Below are positions 19,313-28,348 of a stretch of 56,075 nt of DNA, one piece after another (position 1 is the first letter of the stretch; every line of letters starts with the position of its first letter). Source of the DNA: Candidatus Heimdallarchaeota archaeon (lineage in GTDB: Archaea; Asgardarchaeota; Heimdallarchaeia; JABLTI01); NCBI GenBank assembly GCA_019056785.1, contig DXJV01000045.1, positions 1 to 56,075 of the forward strand, given 5' to 3'. Under the pieces are notes generated by a model, which was given only the letters and a program-made list of their open reading frames with translations, made no database searches and was not told where the DNA came from. Position numbers and translations under genes: made by a program.

Positions 19313-20503
19313 TTACTTGTTAATTTTCTCGAGTAAATCATCAATGCGTTTCAATCCTTCGAGAATATCTTCGAGTTTGCTTGCTAATGAAAGCCGGAAG
19401 TAATTCTCTTGAACACCAAAAACTGTCCCTGCTGTGACCGCCACACTCTTTTCTTCAAGCACGCGACTCACAAACTCATCTGAACAGATGTCGCCTTTAT
19501 ATTGAATAAAGAGATAAAATGCGCCTTCAGGTTTTCTGCAGGAGAGATAGGCACTTTTTTCAATGAATTCGAAAGCTTTGTCTCGTCTTTTCTTATACTC
19601 TGCCACCATCATTTTTGTTGGCTCGGTGAGATCAAGAGCCGTTAAAGCAGCATATTGTGTTGGAGTATTTACGCAGCTTGAAACATTTTGTTGAAGTCTG
19701 TTCATTGAAGAAATTAATTCTTTATCACCGATACTATAACCGATTCGCCAACCGGTCATTGCATGTGATTTGCTTAATCCATCGATGATTAGTGTTCTAT
19801 CTAGTGTTTCAGTAACGGTAAGATAAGAGACGTACTGACTTTCGAAAGTAATTTTCTTGTAAATCTCATCAGAAATAATGTAGATGTCATAATCCTCAGA
19901 GATATCTTTTATGAACCGGAGTGCATCTTCTTCGAAAATTGCCCCTGTCGGATTGCAAGGCGAATTTACAAGAAGTAATTTAGTTTGCTCATCTATTGCA
20001 CTCTTAATCGACTCGAAAGGAAATTCAAAGTCACCATAATGTGCGGGCACGGGTTTTGTTTTTGCACCGATGAAAGTCGCAATTCCTTGATAACTTGGCC
20101 AGTAGGGAGAAATGAGGATCATATTATCGCCAGGATTGATTAGGGAAAATAATGCTGAAAAAAGCGATGCTTTTGCCCCTGGCGTAACGATAACATTTGC
20201 GTGTGGGTTAATCTCAACATTCGTTTCTTTGGAATATATTGTTGCGATTTTCTCACGAAGCGGTAAAATGCCACGTGAAGAAGTGTACCCCGTCTTTCCC
20301 TCATTCATTGCTTTATATGCTGCGTCAATGATTGGTTGAGGTGTTTTAAAATTGGGTTCACCAATACCGAGTTTGATAATCGTTCTCCCCTGAGCTTCCA
20401 ATTCACGAGCTCGTGTTGCAGCTTTCATTGTCCCGCTCGAAGGAACTCGCATACCACAATCCGAAATGTAACTGTCTCTTTTTGTCATTCTTTCACACAT
20501 CAA
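19313..20503 (-). CDS. aspC: PLP-dependent aminotransferase class I/II (aspartate aminotransferase-like)
   Basis: LGIGEP, VTPGAK, NSPCNPTG, SDEIY, SKSHAMTGWRIG (PLP lysine), PEGAFY. True start may be a few codons downstream. Confidence 0.9.
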   Translation of the reverse strand: MMCERMTKRDSYISDCGMRVPSSGTMKAATRARELEAQGRTIIKLGIGEPNFKTPQPIIDAAYKAMNEGKTGYTSSRGILPLREKIATIYSKETNVEINPHANVIVTPGAKASLFSALFSLINPGDNMILISPYWPSYQGIATFIGAKTKPVPAHYGDFEFPFESIKSAIDEQTKLLLVNSPCNPTGAIFEEDALRFIKDISEDYDIYIISDEIYKKITFESQYVSYLTVTETLDRTLIIDGLSKSHAMTGWRIGYSIGDKELISSMNRLQQNVSSCVNTPTQYAALTALDLTEPTKMMVAEYKKRRDKAFEFIEKSAYLSCRKPEGAFYLFIQYKGDICSDEFVSRVLEEKSVAVTAGTVFGVQENYFRLSLASKLEDILEGLKRIDDLLEKINK

Positions 20504-20665
20504 ATATCTACTGGCTATTTTATAGTGCCAATTTTTATTGGCAATTTTAAATTTAATTTATTCCTCGTTTTTAATCATTCCTATTCCTATTAGATACTTT
20601 GACTGGAAGAGGTAAAATTCTAAAATGAAGAGCATCTTCTATTAAAAAGGATTGAGTGAACACAA

Positions 20666-22174
20666 TTGAACAGAAGAACAATCAAAGTGTTTTTGAGAGA
20701 CCATTGGCTCCTGCTTGCTATCTGGTCTCTTGCACTCATTCTTCGAATCATTGTTGCAATCATTAGTAAAGGATATATCCATGCGGATGAGCAATTTCAA
20801 TCTATTGAAATTGTTTTTCGTAAAATTTTTGGCTACGGATATGTCCCTTGGGAATTCCAGCGAGGTATTCGTTCGTGGTTATATCCGGGCATTGTTTGGC
20901 TCATCTTTAAAACAATGCTTTTTCTGGGTTGCACCCGGATTGAAACTATTCTTATTGCTGTTCGACTTTTCTCTGCAGCTTGTTCAATGATCACTGTTAT
21001 TACCAGTTATTTTCTTGGGAAACTCTTTTTCTCAAAACGAGTGGGATTGATTGCCACCTTCTTTGTAGCTATTTGGTTTGACTTTTTATTTTGGTCCGCT
21101 CGCACCATTACGGACAGCATTGCGATGAACTTTGCAATTTTGGGTGTGTATTTCTTTGCGAGATTACTTAAGAAACGCCAAAAGAAGGGCTCAGCCCAAA
21201 TTATTCCCCGCAAACCATTAGTTTTTGAAGCAATACACGGTTTATTGGCAGGTTTTGCCTTTGGTCTTTCATTCATGTTTAAATTTTCAACTGTCATCCT
21301 TGCAATTCCGTTTCTTGTCTTTCTTTTCATCGAACGCCGGTGGAAGGGTGCACTCTTTTCTCTGTTAGCTTTGTGTTGTATGGTTTTGGTGCAAGGATTA
21401 TTGGATTTTTATACCTGGGGGGGCTTTTTGCAGTCGCCCATAGAATTTTTCATGTATAACATTTGGACCGGCGGAAGTTCAGCTCACGGTGTTTCGCCCT
21501 TTCTTGCGTACCTCCCCTTAATGCTAGATGCTTACGGTGAATATTTCATGTTATTCTTGTTATTCATCTGTCTTGGTATAAAAAAGGATCGACTTTCACT
21601 TTACCTCTTACTAGCTGTTCTGTTTTACTTTCTTGTCTTTAATCTCATTGGTCATAAAGAATATCGATTCATCCTCCCAATAATGGCCCTTTTAGTTCTT
21701 TTCGCAGCAAAAGGGGTTCTTAAATATCCTTCTTTTATCCATAAAAAACACTTTCAAAAACAAATCTATGGTTTTCTAGCGATAGTAACAGTTGGGTTTT
21801 CGGCATCCTATGCATTTTATTTCTACTCCTTCCAACCTGCAAGACAATATTGTGATGCATTTCAATTTGTTGGGGAACAAGAAGAGTCTGAAGTCCTCCT
21901 CGTAGCTTCATTAGGAGCTTTTTTTTCGCCGGGGTATACCTATCTCCACAAAAATATCCCGGTAGGCTATTTCCGGAAAAGTACTTTTAACTACTTTATG
22001 ACAGAATTTCAAACAAACAACACTTATATCATTATCCCAGAATCAGAATACATCCCAAATTTCCAATTCTATCAGGATAGTTTTCTACACTTCAACATTA
22101 CCTTAGTGAAAATTTTCCATGGAACACATCCCAGGTTCGATGAAGGGATGTATGTCTTCAAAAATAATTTATAA
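20666..22174 (+). CDS. GT-C mannosyltransferase, GT22 (PIG-B/ALG9 family)-like
   Basis: 'HADEQFQSIE..FGYGYVPWEF..GIRSWLYP' and 'GHKEYRFILP' match the PIG-B-type DE..Q..E/WE..RS and HKExRF motifs; multi-TM. Confidence 0.85.
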   Translation: MNRRTIKVFLRDHWLLLAIWSLALILRIIVAIISKGYIHADEQFQSIEIVFRKIFGYGYVPWEFQRGIRSWLYPGIVWLIFKTMLFLGCTRIETILIAVRLFSAACSMITVITSYFLGKLFFSKRVGLIATFFVAIWFDFLFWSARTITDSIAMNFAILGVYFFARLLKKRQKKGSAQIIPRKPLVFEAIHGLLAGFAFGLSFMFKFSTVILAIPFLVFLFIERRWKGALFSLLALCCMVLVQGLLDFYTWGGFLQSPIEFFMYNIWTGGSSAHGVSPFLAYLPLMLDAYGEYFMLFLLFICLGIKKDRLSLYLLLAVLFYFLVFNLIGHKEYRFILPIMALLVLFAAKGVLKYPSFIHKKHFQKQIYGFLAIVTVGFSASYAFYFYSFQPARQYCDAFQFVGEQEESEVLLVASLGAFFSPGYTYLHKNIPVGYFRKSTFNYFMTEFQTNNTYIIIPESEYIPNFQFYQDSFLHFNITLVKIFHGTHPRFDEGMYVFKNNL

Positions 22175-22244
22175 TACACAAGAAAAATGGCTCATAAAAA
22201 AGCGATAAAAAAAATTAACAGAAAAAAAGATGGGAAAAAGAGTT

Positions 22245-22550
22245 TTAACCGAAGAGCGAGCTTAAGCCGGATTCTTCTTCCTCTTCTTCTTCCTCAGGCT
22301 CTGGAGTAGCAGCTGCAGCGGGGGCAGCAGTGGCGGGAGCGCCAGCAGCTGGAGCAGCGGCAACAGCTTGCATTGTAGTTGCGTTTTTCAAGGCCTCATC
22401 AATGTCAACATCTGCAAGTGCAGCAATTAATCCTTTTATTCGATTCTTGTCCGGTTCAATTCCTGCAGCGGTGAGGATGTCTCCAATAGCTTTTTCTGTG
22501 ATTTTTTTACCACTACTGTGTAAAATTAAAGAAGCGTGAAGGTATTCCAT
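22245..22550 (-). CDS. rpl12: Archaeal ribosomal stalk protein P1 (L12p)
   Basis: MEY..A.L.LH..GK.I N-terminus, Ala-rich hinge, acidic tract and GLSSLFG C-terminus. Confidence 0.96.
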   Translation of the reverse strand: MEYLHASLILHSSGKKITEKAIGDILTAAGIEPDKNRIKGLIAALADVDIDEALKNATTMQAVAAAPAAGAPATAAPAAAATPEPEEEEEEEESGLSSLFG

Positions 22551-22801
22551 TTTTAGTCATTTCTCCATTTTTTGATACAATTTTATTGAACGATTTATTC
22601 TTTTCTTCTATTAAAGTTAATAGCTGTTTCTTCAAGGTTAAACATTCTTTTAAAAATCTTATGTCTCACTATGAAATTCGAAAAAACATCCTTCTTACAG
22701 TTTTTTAAGCTCGAACAAAGCTTTCAAATAAATTTAAATTTCTTCAACAAAAGAAATAGACAAGTAAATGCTTCCCGGCATTTGAGAAAAACCGTTTTAG
22801 G

Positions 22802-23653
22802 TTGTTGAGGATAATGGTCTTTAAAAAGAAAGAGAAAAAGCAAAAGAAAAAGACAATCCCAAAAAAAGAGATTTTGAAAGCAATCAAGGACAAAGAATAT
22901 CTGGACCTGGGCGAACCGTTTGGTGAAAGCGCCAGGCGCTATTTAGCCTATCAATTAATGAAGATGATTGACAATCAAGAGATCACTGGAACAGTCATCA
23001 CTCCGGAGGGCGTTTTTCTTGCCCTAACCTCGTCTGAAGTGAGGAATATTGTCAAATTTATCAATGCAAAGGGTATTTGCAATTTAGACGAAGTCGCCAC
23101 CGAAAACAAATGGGACCCAAAAACAGTTAAACTCATCGCTAACAACCGGATAAATTTACTCCATCGAAAAGACAACAAAATAATCACAAGAAAAACTGCG
23201 CTTGATTTACTTGCAGAGAAACTGAATCAAAATGTTACTGTAGATCTGAATAAAGTTGCAGAAGAAATGCAATTAAAAAAGAACATTATCCTTGAATTAT
23301 TCGATACATTACTCGAGGAAAAACGAATCGAAGGCTATCTTATCAAGTCGAGCAACAAATTCCTCCCCTTAGACCTGCTCGAAGAATCTATTAAAGAGCA
23401 AATTGAAAATTATGAAATGAACAATGTTGTTGAAGTTAAATTCTCTGAAATCGCTGAAGAATTTGGCATTACTGAGGAACATGTTTACAATATTCTCTTA
23501 AGTTTATACAACAAGGGCGATATCGATGTTCAACTCAATTTAGGGCTGCGAACATGTGTAATAAAAGAAAACATTAAACCAGAAACATGGAAGGAAAGAA
23601 TCCCTGAAGAAGAGAAGAAACTCGATATCGAAGACCTCACCCAGAAAAAGTGA
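22802..23653 (+). CDS. Tandem winged-helix protein, DDRGK1/UFL1 (PCI-like WH)-like
   Basis: About 4 WH-like repeats; 'EITGTVITPEGVFLALTSSEVRNIVKFINAKGICNLDEVA' resembles the DDRGK1 C-terminal segment as recalled. Confidence 0.6.
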   Translation: MLRIMVFKKKEKKQKKKTIPKKEILKAIKDKEYLDLGEPFGESARRYLAYQLMKMIDNQEITGTVITPEGVFLALTSSEVRNIVKFINAKGICNLDEVATENKWDPKTVKLIANNRINLLHRKDNKIITRKTALDLLAEKLNQNVTVDLNKVAEEMQLKKNIILELFDTLLEEKRIEGYLIKSSNKFLPLDLLEESIKEQIENYEMNNVVEVKFSEIAEEFGITEEHVYNILLSLYNKGDIDVQLNLGLRTCVIKENIKPETWKERIPEEEKKLDIEDLTQKK

Positions 23654-23744
23654 GCTTTTCTGTTAAACCAATGACTTTAAAAGAACATTTTTATTTAGAT
23701 ATTAGCAATGTGTCATAAAAACTAAGAAAATTGGAGATAAAGTT

Positions 23745-24521
23745 ATGAGCGCAACTCCCAGCAAACCAAGAAAATTGCCAGATGAATATGATGCTTTAGT
23801 TATGAAATTGACTATGAAGTTAAAAAAGGAAGTTGGTAGCGAAATTGCTGCTTTTCTCTTAGTAGGAAGCGTTGCCCAGAAGAATTATATTCGAGGCGAT
23901 TCTGATTGTGACTTCTACCTTGTAATAAAGAAGGATCGCAAAAATCAGGTAGAGATTCTCCAGAAGATAGCAAAAATAAAAGCAGAATTTGAGAATGATC
24001 CTCAATATTCCAGCATCCTCGACTTAATGGTCTTTTTCGAAGAAGATTTAACAGAAGCAAATGTCAATGTTTCAAGTATTGTTAATTGGGTTCATATCTG
24101 GACAGGACAACAAGGGGAATTGAAAATTGGCTCTGAAAATCCCTTCATGAAGTTAAAAGTCACAGAAGCCAATTTGAAAAAAGGCGCAACGCAAATGTGC
24201 TTGGATAATGTATTCTTGATGCGGGATGGCTTTCTCAACACACACCCTGGAAATGAGGATGAATTAGCCTTCTATGGAAGCGATGCAGCTATTGCTTGTG
24301 CTCAAGCGCTACTAATCTTTATGGGAGAAAAAGGCTTTAACCGCTACAATGTCCCGGAGCTTTTTGCAGAAAAAGTAAAGATTAAAGCCGACCCCAAAGT
24401 AGTTATTGATGCCCGAGACTATCGCTTGGGAGCAAAGCTTGATAATCCCATAGAATTTGCAGAAAAATGCTATGATTTTGGATGGGCAATCTTAGAATAT
24501 ATGTTGAAAAACATTAAATGA
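23745..24521 (+). CDS. Pol-beta superfamily nucleotidyltransferase with a C-terminal helical (HEPN-like) domain
   Basis: 'LVGSVA...DSDCDF' GS-x-DxD motif, third Asp in 'ILDLM'; helical C-terminal half. Confidence 0.75.
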   Translation: MSATPSKPRKLPDEYDALVMKLTMKLKKEVGSEIAAFLLVGSVAQKNYIRGDSDCDFYLVIKKDRKNQVEILQKIAKIKAEFENDPQYSSILDLMVFFEEDLTEANVNVSSIVNWVHIWTGQQGELKIGSENPFMKLKVTEANLKKGATQMCLDNVFLMRDGFLNTHPGNEDELAFYGSDAAIACAQALLIFMGEKGFNRYNVPELFAEKVKIKADPKVVIDARDYRLGAKLDNPIEFAEKCYDFGWAILEYMLKNIK

Positions 24522-24552
24522 AGGATTGACTAGTAGAAGGAGAAATTGAAAT

Positions 24553-25221
24553 TTGAGTGTTCCAGGAAATATTGTGCACCTTCGAGATCTTGTCGGACGT
24601 GCTGAGTCAGAAATTTTCTTGATAGTTGGCCCGCCGGGTGCTGGGAAAGAATCCTTTGCAATCCAATATATGCTCGATGGCTTTGCTAATAAAATGAATG
24701 GTGTGTATGTCACAACAGATGATTTCCCTGAAGATATCACACGGAAGATGAAACTCCTTGGTAGCGACCCAGCCTCTTTAATTAAATCAAAACAATTGGA
24801 ATTTATTGATGCCTTTTCTTATCGTACCGGAGAATCAATTGATACTAATGAGATGGTGGTCGATGACATTCGCGACTTGACAGGGTTAAGTGTAATGATT
24901 AAGAAGATGATCGATACCAAAAGCAATTTGCGCTTTGTGTTCAATACCATTTCAACTATCTCTATTTACAACAGCGGAGTTGCTCTTTTAGACTTCATTC
25001 AAATGCAAGTTGCCAGATTGAAACGGAAGAACCACAGCGGGTTAATCATCGCCCATGAAGGAATCATCGATGAAAAAGTGATTCAAGGGATAAAAGCATT
25101 TGTTGATGGAGTCATTGAATTTCAGCTTTCAGAAGATGAAACTGGTAATTTGAAACGACGAGTCCGCGTTGTTTTTGCCCCGAAAATTCGAAAATCCGGT
25201 TGGGTGGACCTTTATCAATAA
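24553..25221 (+). CDS. KaiC/RAD55-like ATPase (single domain)
   Basis: Walker A GPPGAGKE, 'VYVTTDD', 'FIDAFS', 'VDGVIEF'. Confidence 0.85.
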   Translation: MSVPGNIVHLRDLVGRAESEIFLIVGPPGAGKESFAIQYMLDGFANKMNGVYVTTDDFPEDITRKMKLLGSDPASLIKSKQLEFIDAFSYRTGESIDTNEMVVDDIRDLTGLSVMIKKMIDTKSNLRFVFNTISTISIYNSGVALLDFIQMQVARLKRKNHSGLIIAHEGIIDEKVIQGIKAFVDGVIEFQLSEDETGNLKRRVRVVFAPKIRKSGWVDLYQ

Positions 25222-25309
25222 TTATAAAAAATCTGAATCTTTTTTCTTCTATTTTTTTTAAGAACTCTTTGATAAATTTAAAAGGTAGAAGAATAATTTT
25301 CTACCGTGT

Positions 25310-26023
25310 GTGGCAAAAATGGCTGATGTTGCATGGTACTCTTACTTATTGGCACTTACTCCTGCAATAATCATTGCAGCTTTATATCTTGTTAGTTACT
25401 TGATTGGCCGAAAGCAGAACAAAAAATTTGCTTTAGAAATGCTTTCGAAAATTGCTGTCCCTTTAAACGAGTATGTTAGTTCGTTCGAAAAAGTCACGCA
25501 AGAAAAAGAACGCTATCAGCTTGTTTGTCGTCCATTAAAAGATGCGCCAATGAAATCGCTTGTTGTGTTAGGCATACCACTTGGACGACCATTTATTTTC
25601 GCTTATATCTGGGACAAAATTAAGAAAAATAAGGATAAATACACGATATCTGCCAATCTCCGACGCAGACCACCTTTTGCCATAGAAATTCTTTCGAAAA
25701 AACGGAAAAAAGTCCTAAAAGGCGACCAAGAATATTTTATGGAACTTAAAGAGCTCCCCACCACTGGATTCTTGAATGAATATTTTATCATTAAAACCGA
25801 CAATCTGAAATTGGCTACAAAGTTGCTCACAAATGAAGAGCTGTTACGACTTTTAGCTAAAACAAGAAATCAAACGCTCTGGCTCTCGCTTCGCCCAGCT
25901 GTTAAGGATGTTGGCATGCAGTTCGAGTCCATTTTTGAGTACGAAGAAGAACAAATTGAAAACACTGTTCAACTCTTCATGGAAATGATCTTTAGTATTC
26001 CTTATCCCAAGAAGTGGAATTAA
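25310..26023 (+). CDS. Single-pass membrane protein, CCDC47/DUF1682 (PAT complex subunit)-like
   Basis: N-terminal TM followed by 'YLIGRKQNKKFA'; downstream segments are collinear with the CCDC47 globular domain as recalled. Confidence 0.55.
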   Translation: MAKMADVAWYSYLLALTPAIIIAALYLVSYLIGRKQNKKFALEMLSKIAVPLNEYVSSFEKVTQEKERYQLVCRPLKDAPMKSLVVLGIPLGRPFIFAYIWDKIKKNKDKYTISANLRRRPPFAIEILSKKRKKVLKGDQEYFMELKELPTTGFLNEYFIIKTDNLKLATKLLTNEELLRLLAKTRNQTLWLSLRPAVKDVGMQFESIFEYEEEQIENTVQLFMEMIFSIPYPKKWN

Positions 26024-26043
26024 GCATACTTTTTCCACTAGCT

Positions 26044-27543
26044 TTAAACTACTGTCTTAAGAACTGCCGAGATATGTTCAATCACGTCTGTTGCTAAAAG
26101 GCTATTACCCAGTGTTTGTGCAGCAAGTTCTCCTGCTCTACCGTTAAGATAGGCCGCGGCGCATGTTGCACGGAAATCGTTTTTTGCTACTGCAAGAAGT
26201 GCACCCAAAACGCCCGCAAGAACATCGCCTGTTCCACCCACAGTCATTCCAGGATGACCTGTCCGGTTGACTTTTGTTTGCAAGCCATCGCTAATAACAT
26301 CCTTTTGTCCTTTTAAGAGAAGGGTGATAGCATGGGCCTTTGCAGCATCTTGAACGATTGCCATTTGTTCTTTCCAATCTTCGGGGAGCTGGTTATTGAA
26401 TAACAATTTAAATTCGCCATGATGTGGTGTGAGAAAGAACTTTTTACCTTGAAGAAGCTCAAAGTTTGATTTAACTGCCTTAAAAGCATCCGCATCAATT
26501 ATAATTGGCTTTTCTGCTGGCAATTGCTCTAAAAGTTTCCGAACAAAAGATAATGCCACACTCGAGTCACCAATTCCTGGACCGAGAACAAGACTATCAC
26601 ATTTTTTAAACAAGTCCAGAATTTCAGGGACATGAGACTCGCTGAAAAAATCACCTTGAAAAGAACGAATGATTAAATTCGGAGAAACAGCACGCATCGT
26701 TTCTGCCACGGCTGTTGGTACACAAGTATAAACCAGGTCAGCTCCTGTTCGCAAGGCAGCAAGGGATGCCAGTAAAGGGGCACCGGAATAGAAGACGCTC
26801 CCCCCAACAACTAGTACAGCGCCATTTTGTCCTTTATGGGAATTCTCTTTTCTCTTCGGAAATGCAATGGCCAAATCGCCTTTCCCCACAAACAACTCTG
26901 CCTCAGGAGGAACACCGATTCCTCGAACAATTGTTTTTTCCTTTAATTCTTCTATTAGCAAACAAGGTTTGGTAGCATGAAAAGTAACAACTAAAGAAGC
27001 ATTCACCATTAATTTTTGCATTTCCCTTCTATCTGAAAATATTCCAGAAGGGACATCTAAACTAACAATTGGAACCTTTAGAGAATTTAATAATTTAATA
27101 GCACTTTTAATTGGCTCGTAAGGTTCTTTTCGTAAGCCCACACCAAGAAGAGCATCCACAAACAAATCTTGAGAAGAAAGAAGGCCTTTAACTTTCGCTA
27201 ATTGTGTCGAATCCCGGATAACCTCGAGTCTAACAGAATGCACCATAGTGGTGAGGATTTTGTAATTCTTTTTGGCAATTTCTGAGCGAATTTTTTGTTC
27301 TGTACCAAAAAGAAGGACGGTGACAGACTTTTTTGCAGCTGCAAGATGCCGTGCTGTTACAAACCCATCGCCACCATTGTTCCCCGTGCCACACCAGATG
27401 GCAATTTTTTCTGCTTTGGGGAACCGGTCAAGTATCGCCTGGGCAGCGCTTGCACCTGCATTTTCCATTAACTGCAAAACGGAGACACCCAATTCCTCGG
27501 CATTTAAATCAATCATTTTCACTTCTTCAGCTGTTAGAACCAT
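26044..27543 (-). CDS. nnr: Bifunctional NAD(P)HX epimerase/dehydratase (NnrE-NnrD)
   Basis: LMENAG, GTGNNGGDG, DALLGVG, DVPSG, HKGQNG, GPGIG, DADA, TPHHGEF, GGTGDVLAG. Confidence 0.95.
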   Translation of the reverse strand: MVLTAEEVKMIDLNAEELGVSVLQLMENAGASAAQAILDRFPKAEKIAIWCGTGNNGGDGFVTARHLAAAKKSVTVLLFGTEQKIRSEIAKKNYKILTTMVHSVRLEVIRDSTQLAKVKGLLSSQDLFVDALLGVGLRKEPYEPIKSAIKLLNSLKVPIVSLDVPSGIFSDRREMQKLMVNASLVVTFHATKPCLLIEELKEKTIVRGIGVPPEAELFVGKGDLAIAFPKRKENSHKGQNGAVLVVGGSVFYSGAPLLASLAALRTGADLVYTCVPTAVAETMRAVSPNLIIRSFQGDFFSESHVPEILDLFKKCDSLVLGPGIGDSSVALSFVRKLLEQLPAEKPIIIDADAFKAVKSNFELLQGKKFFLTPHHGEFKLLFNNQLPEDWKEQMAIVQDAAKAHAITLLLKGQKDVISDGLQTKVNRTGHPGMTVGGTGDVLAGVLGALLAVAKNDFRATCAAAYLNGRAGELAAQTLGNSLLATDVIEHISAVLKTVV

Positions 27544-27632
27544 TTTTACCCATCCATGAAGTTTGAAGCAATTTCTTGATCAGGATACTCGATTATATTT
27601 TAAATTGCAAGTACCTATCCCCTCAGTCATTT

Positions 27633-28271
27633 TTAATCCTTTTTACTTTCTTGCCCCACCGCAGCTTTTTCTTCCTTTGCCTGCTTTATTGCATCTTCGA
27701 TTTCAATGGCAAGCTTATCGATGAATATTTCATATTGTTCACGCAAAGCGCTCAAATCTTTGGTGAGATTTCGTATAGTTCGATTGACATCACGGGCAAT
27801 CCCTTCAAAGACATCCTCTCTTCTTTTCGACGCTTTTGAATTAGGGATAAAGATCACTTCAGCTGATTTTATTATATCTCTGAATTTCACTCGAAGTTTT
27901 GTCAGAAAACTAATGTCTCTCTCGCAAACAGATAAGAGGTCAGCAATGGTAGTAAATTGAAAGTCAATTGGAAACTCTTTCGTTAAAAGTTCTTTGAATT
28001 TATTGTAAGATTCTATTAGAATAGTTAATGTGACATCTTCCTCTGCGATTATTTCTTTGCATTCCTTATATTGTTCAATGCTATTTTTGGTTTTTACTTT
28101 TCCCATTGTCTTTAGTAACTCGAGAAAGTGAGGGAGAAGGTTTGATTCAATCCGAATGATTAGACTTTCAAAGTCATTCTTCAGTTCTTTTTGCTTTTTT
28201 GTGATTGTTTGATGCCAGGTTGTTAATTGATAATCGATAGGAATTACTCGCCCTTGTGTACTTTGCGTCAT
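27633..28271 (-). CDS. Hypothetical coiled-coil/helical-bundle protein
   Basis: 212-aa ORF with heptad-like K/E/L pattern; GAGGT RBS upstream. Confidence 0.7.
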   Translation of the reverse strand: MTQSTQGRVIPIDYQLTTWHQTITKKQKELKNDFESLIIRIESNLLPHFLELLKTMGKVKTKNSIEQYKECKEIIAEEDVTLTILIESYNKFKELLTKEFPIDFQFTTIADLLSVCERDISFLTKLRVKFRDIIKSAEVIFIPNSKASKRREDVFEGIARDVNRTIRNLTKDLSALREQYEIFIDKLAIEIEDAIKQAKEEKAAVGQESKKD

Positions 28272-28348
28272 GTAATTACCTCAATTATTGAGTTATCCAA
28301 TGGCTCTTTAGAAGTTTTTGCTTTCATGAAATTATTAGTGAGCAGCTG

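Noticed and set aside
22270-22370. GC-rich low-complexity repeat (gca/tct runs)
   Set aside because: It encodes the Ala hinge and Glu tract of ribosomal P1; not a DNA repeat element.
22766-22783. AAATGC-N6-GCATTT inverted repeat upstream of the WH gene
   Set aside because: Short AT-rich arms that could easily arise by chance; no second copy seen.
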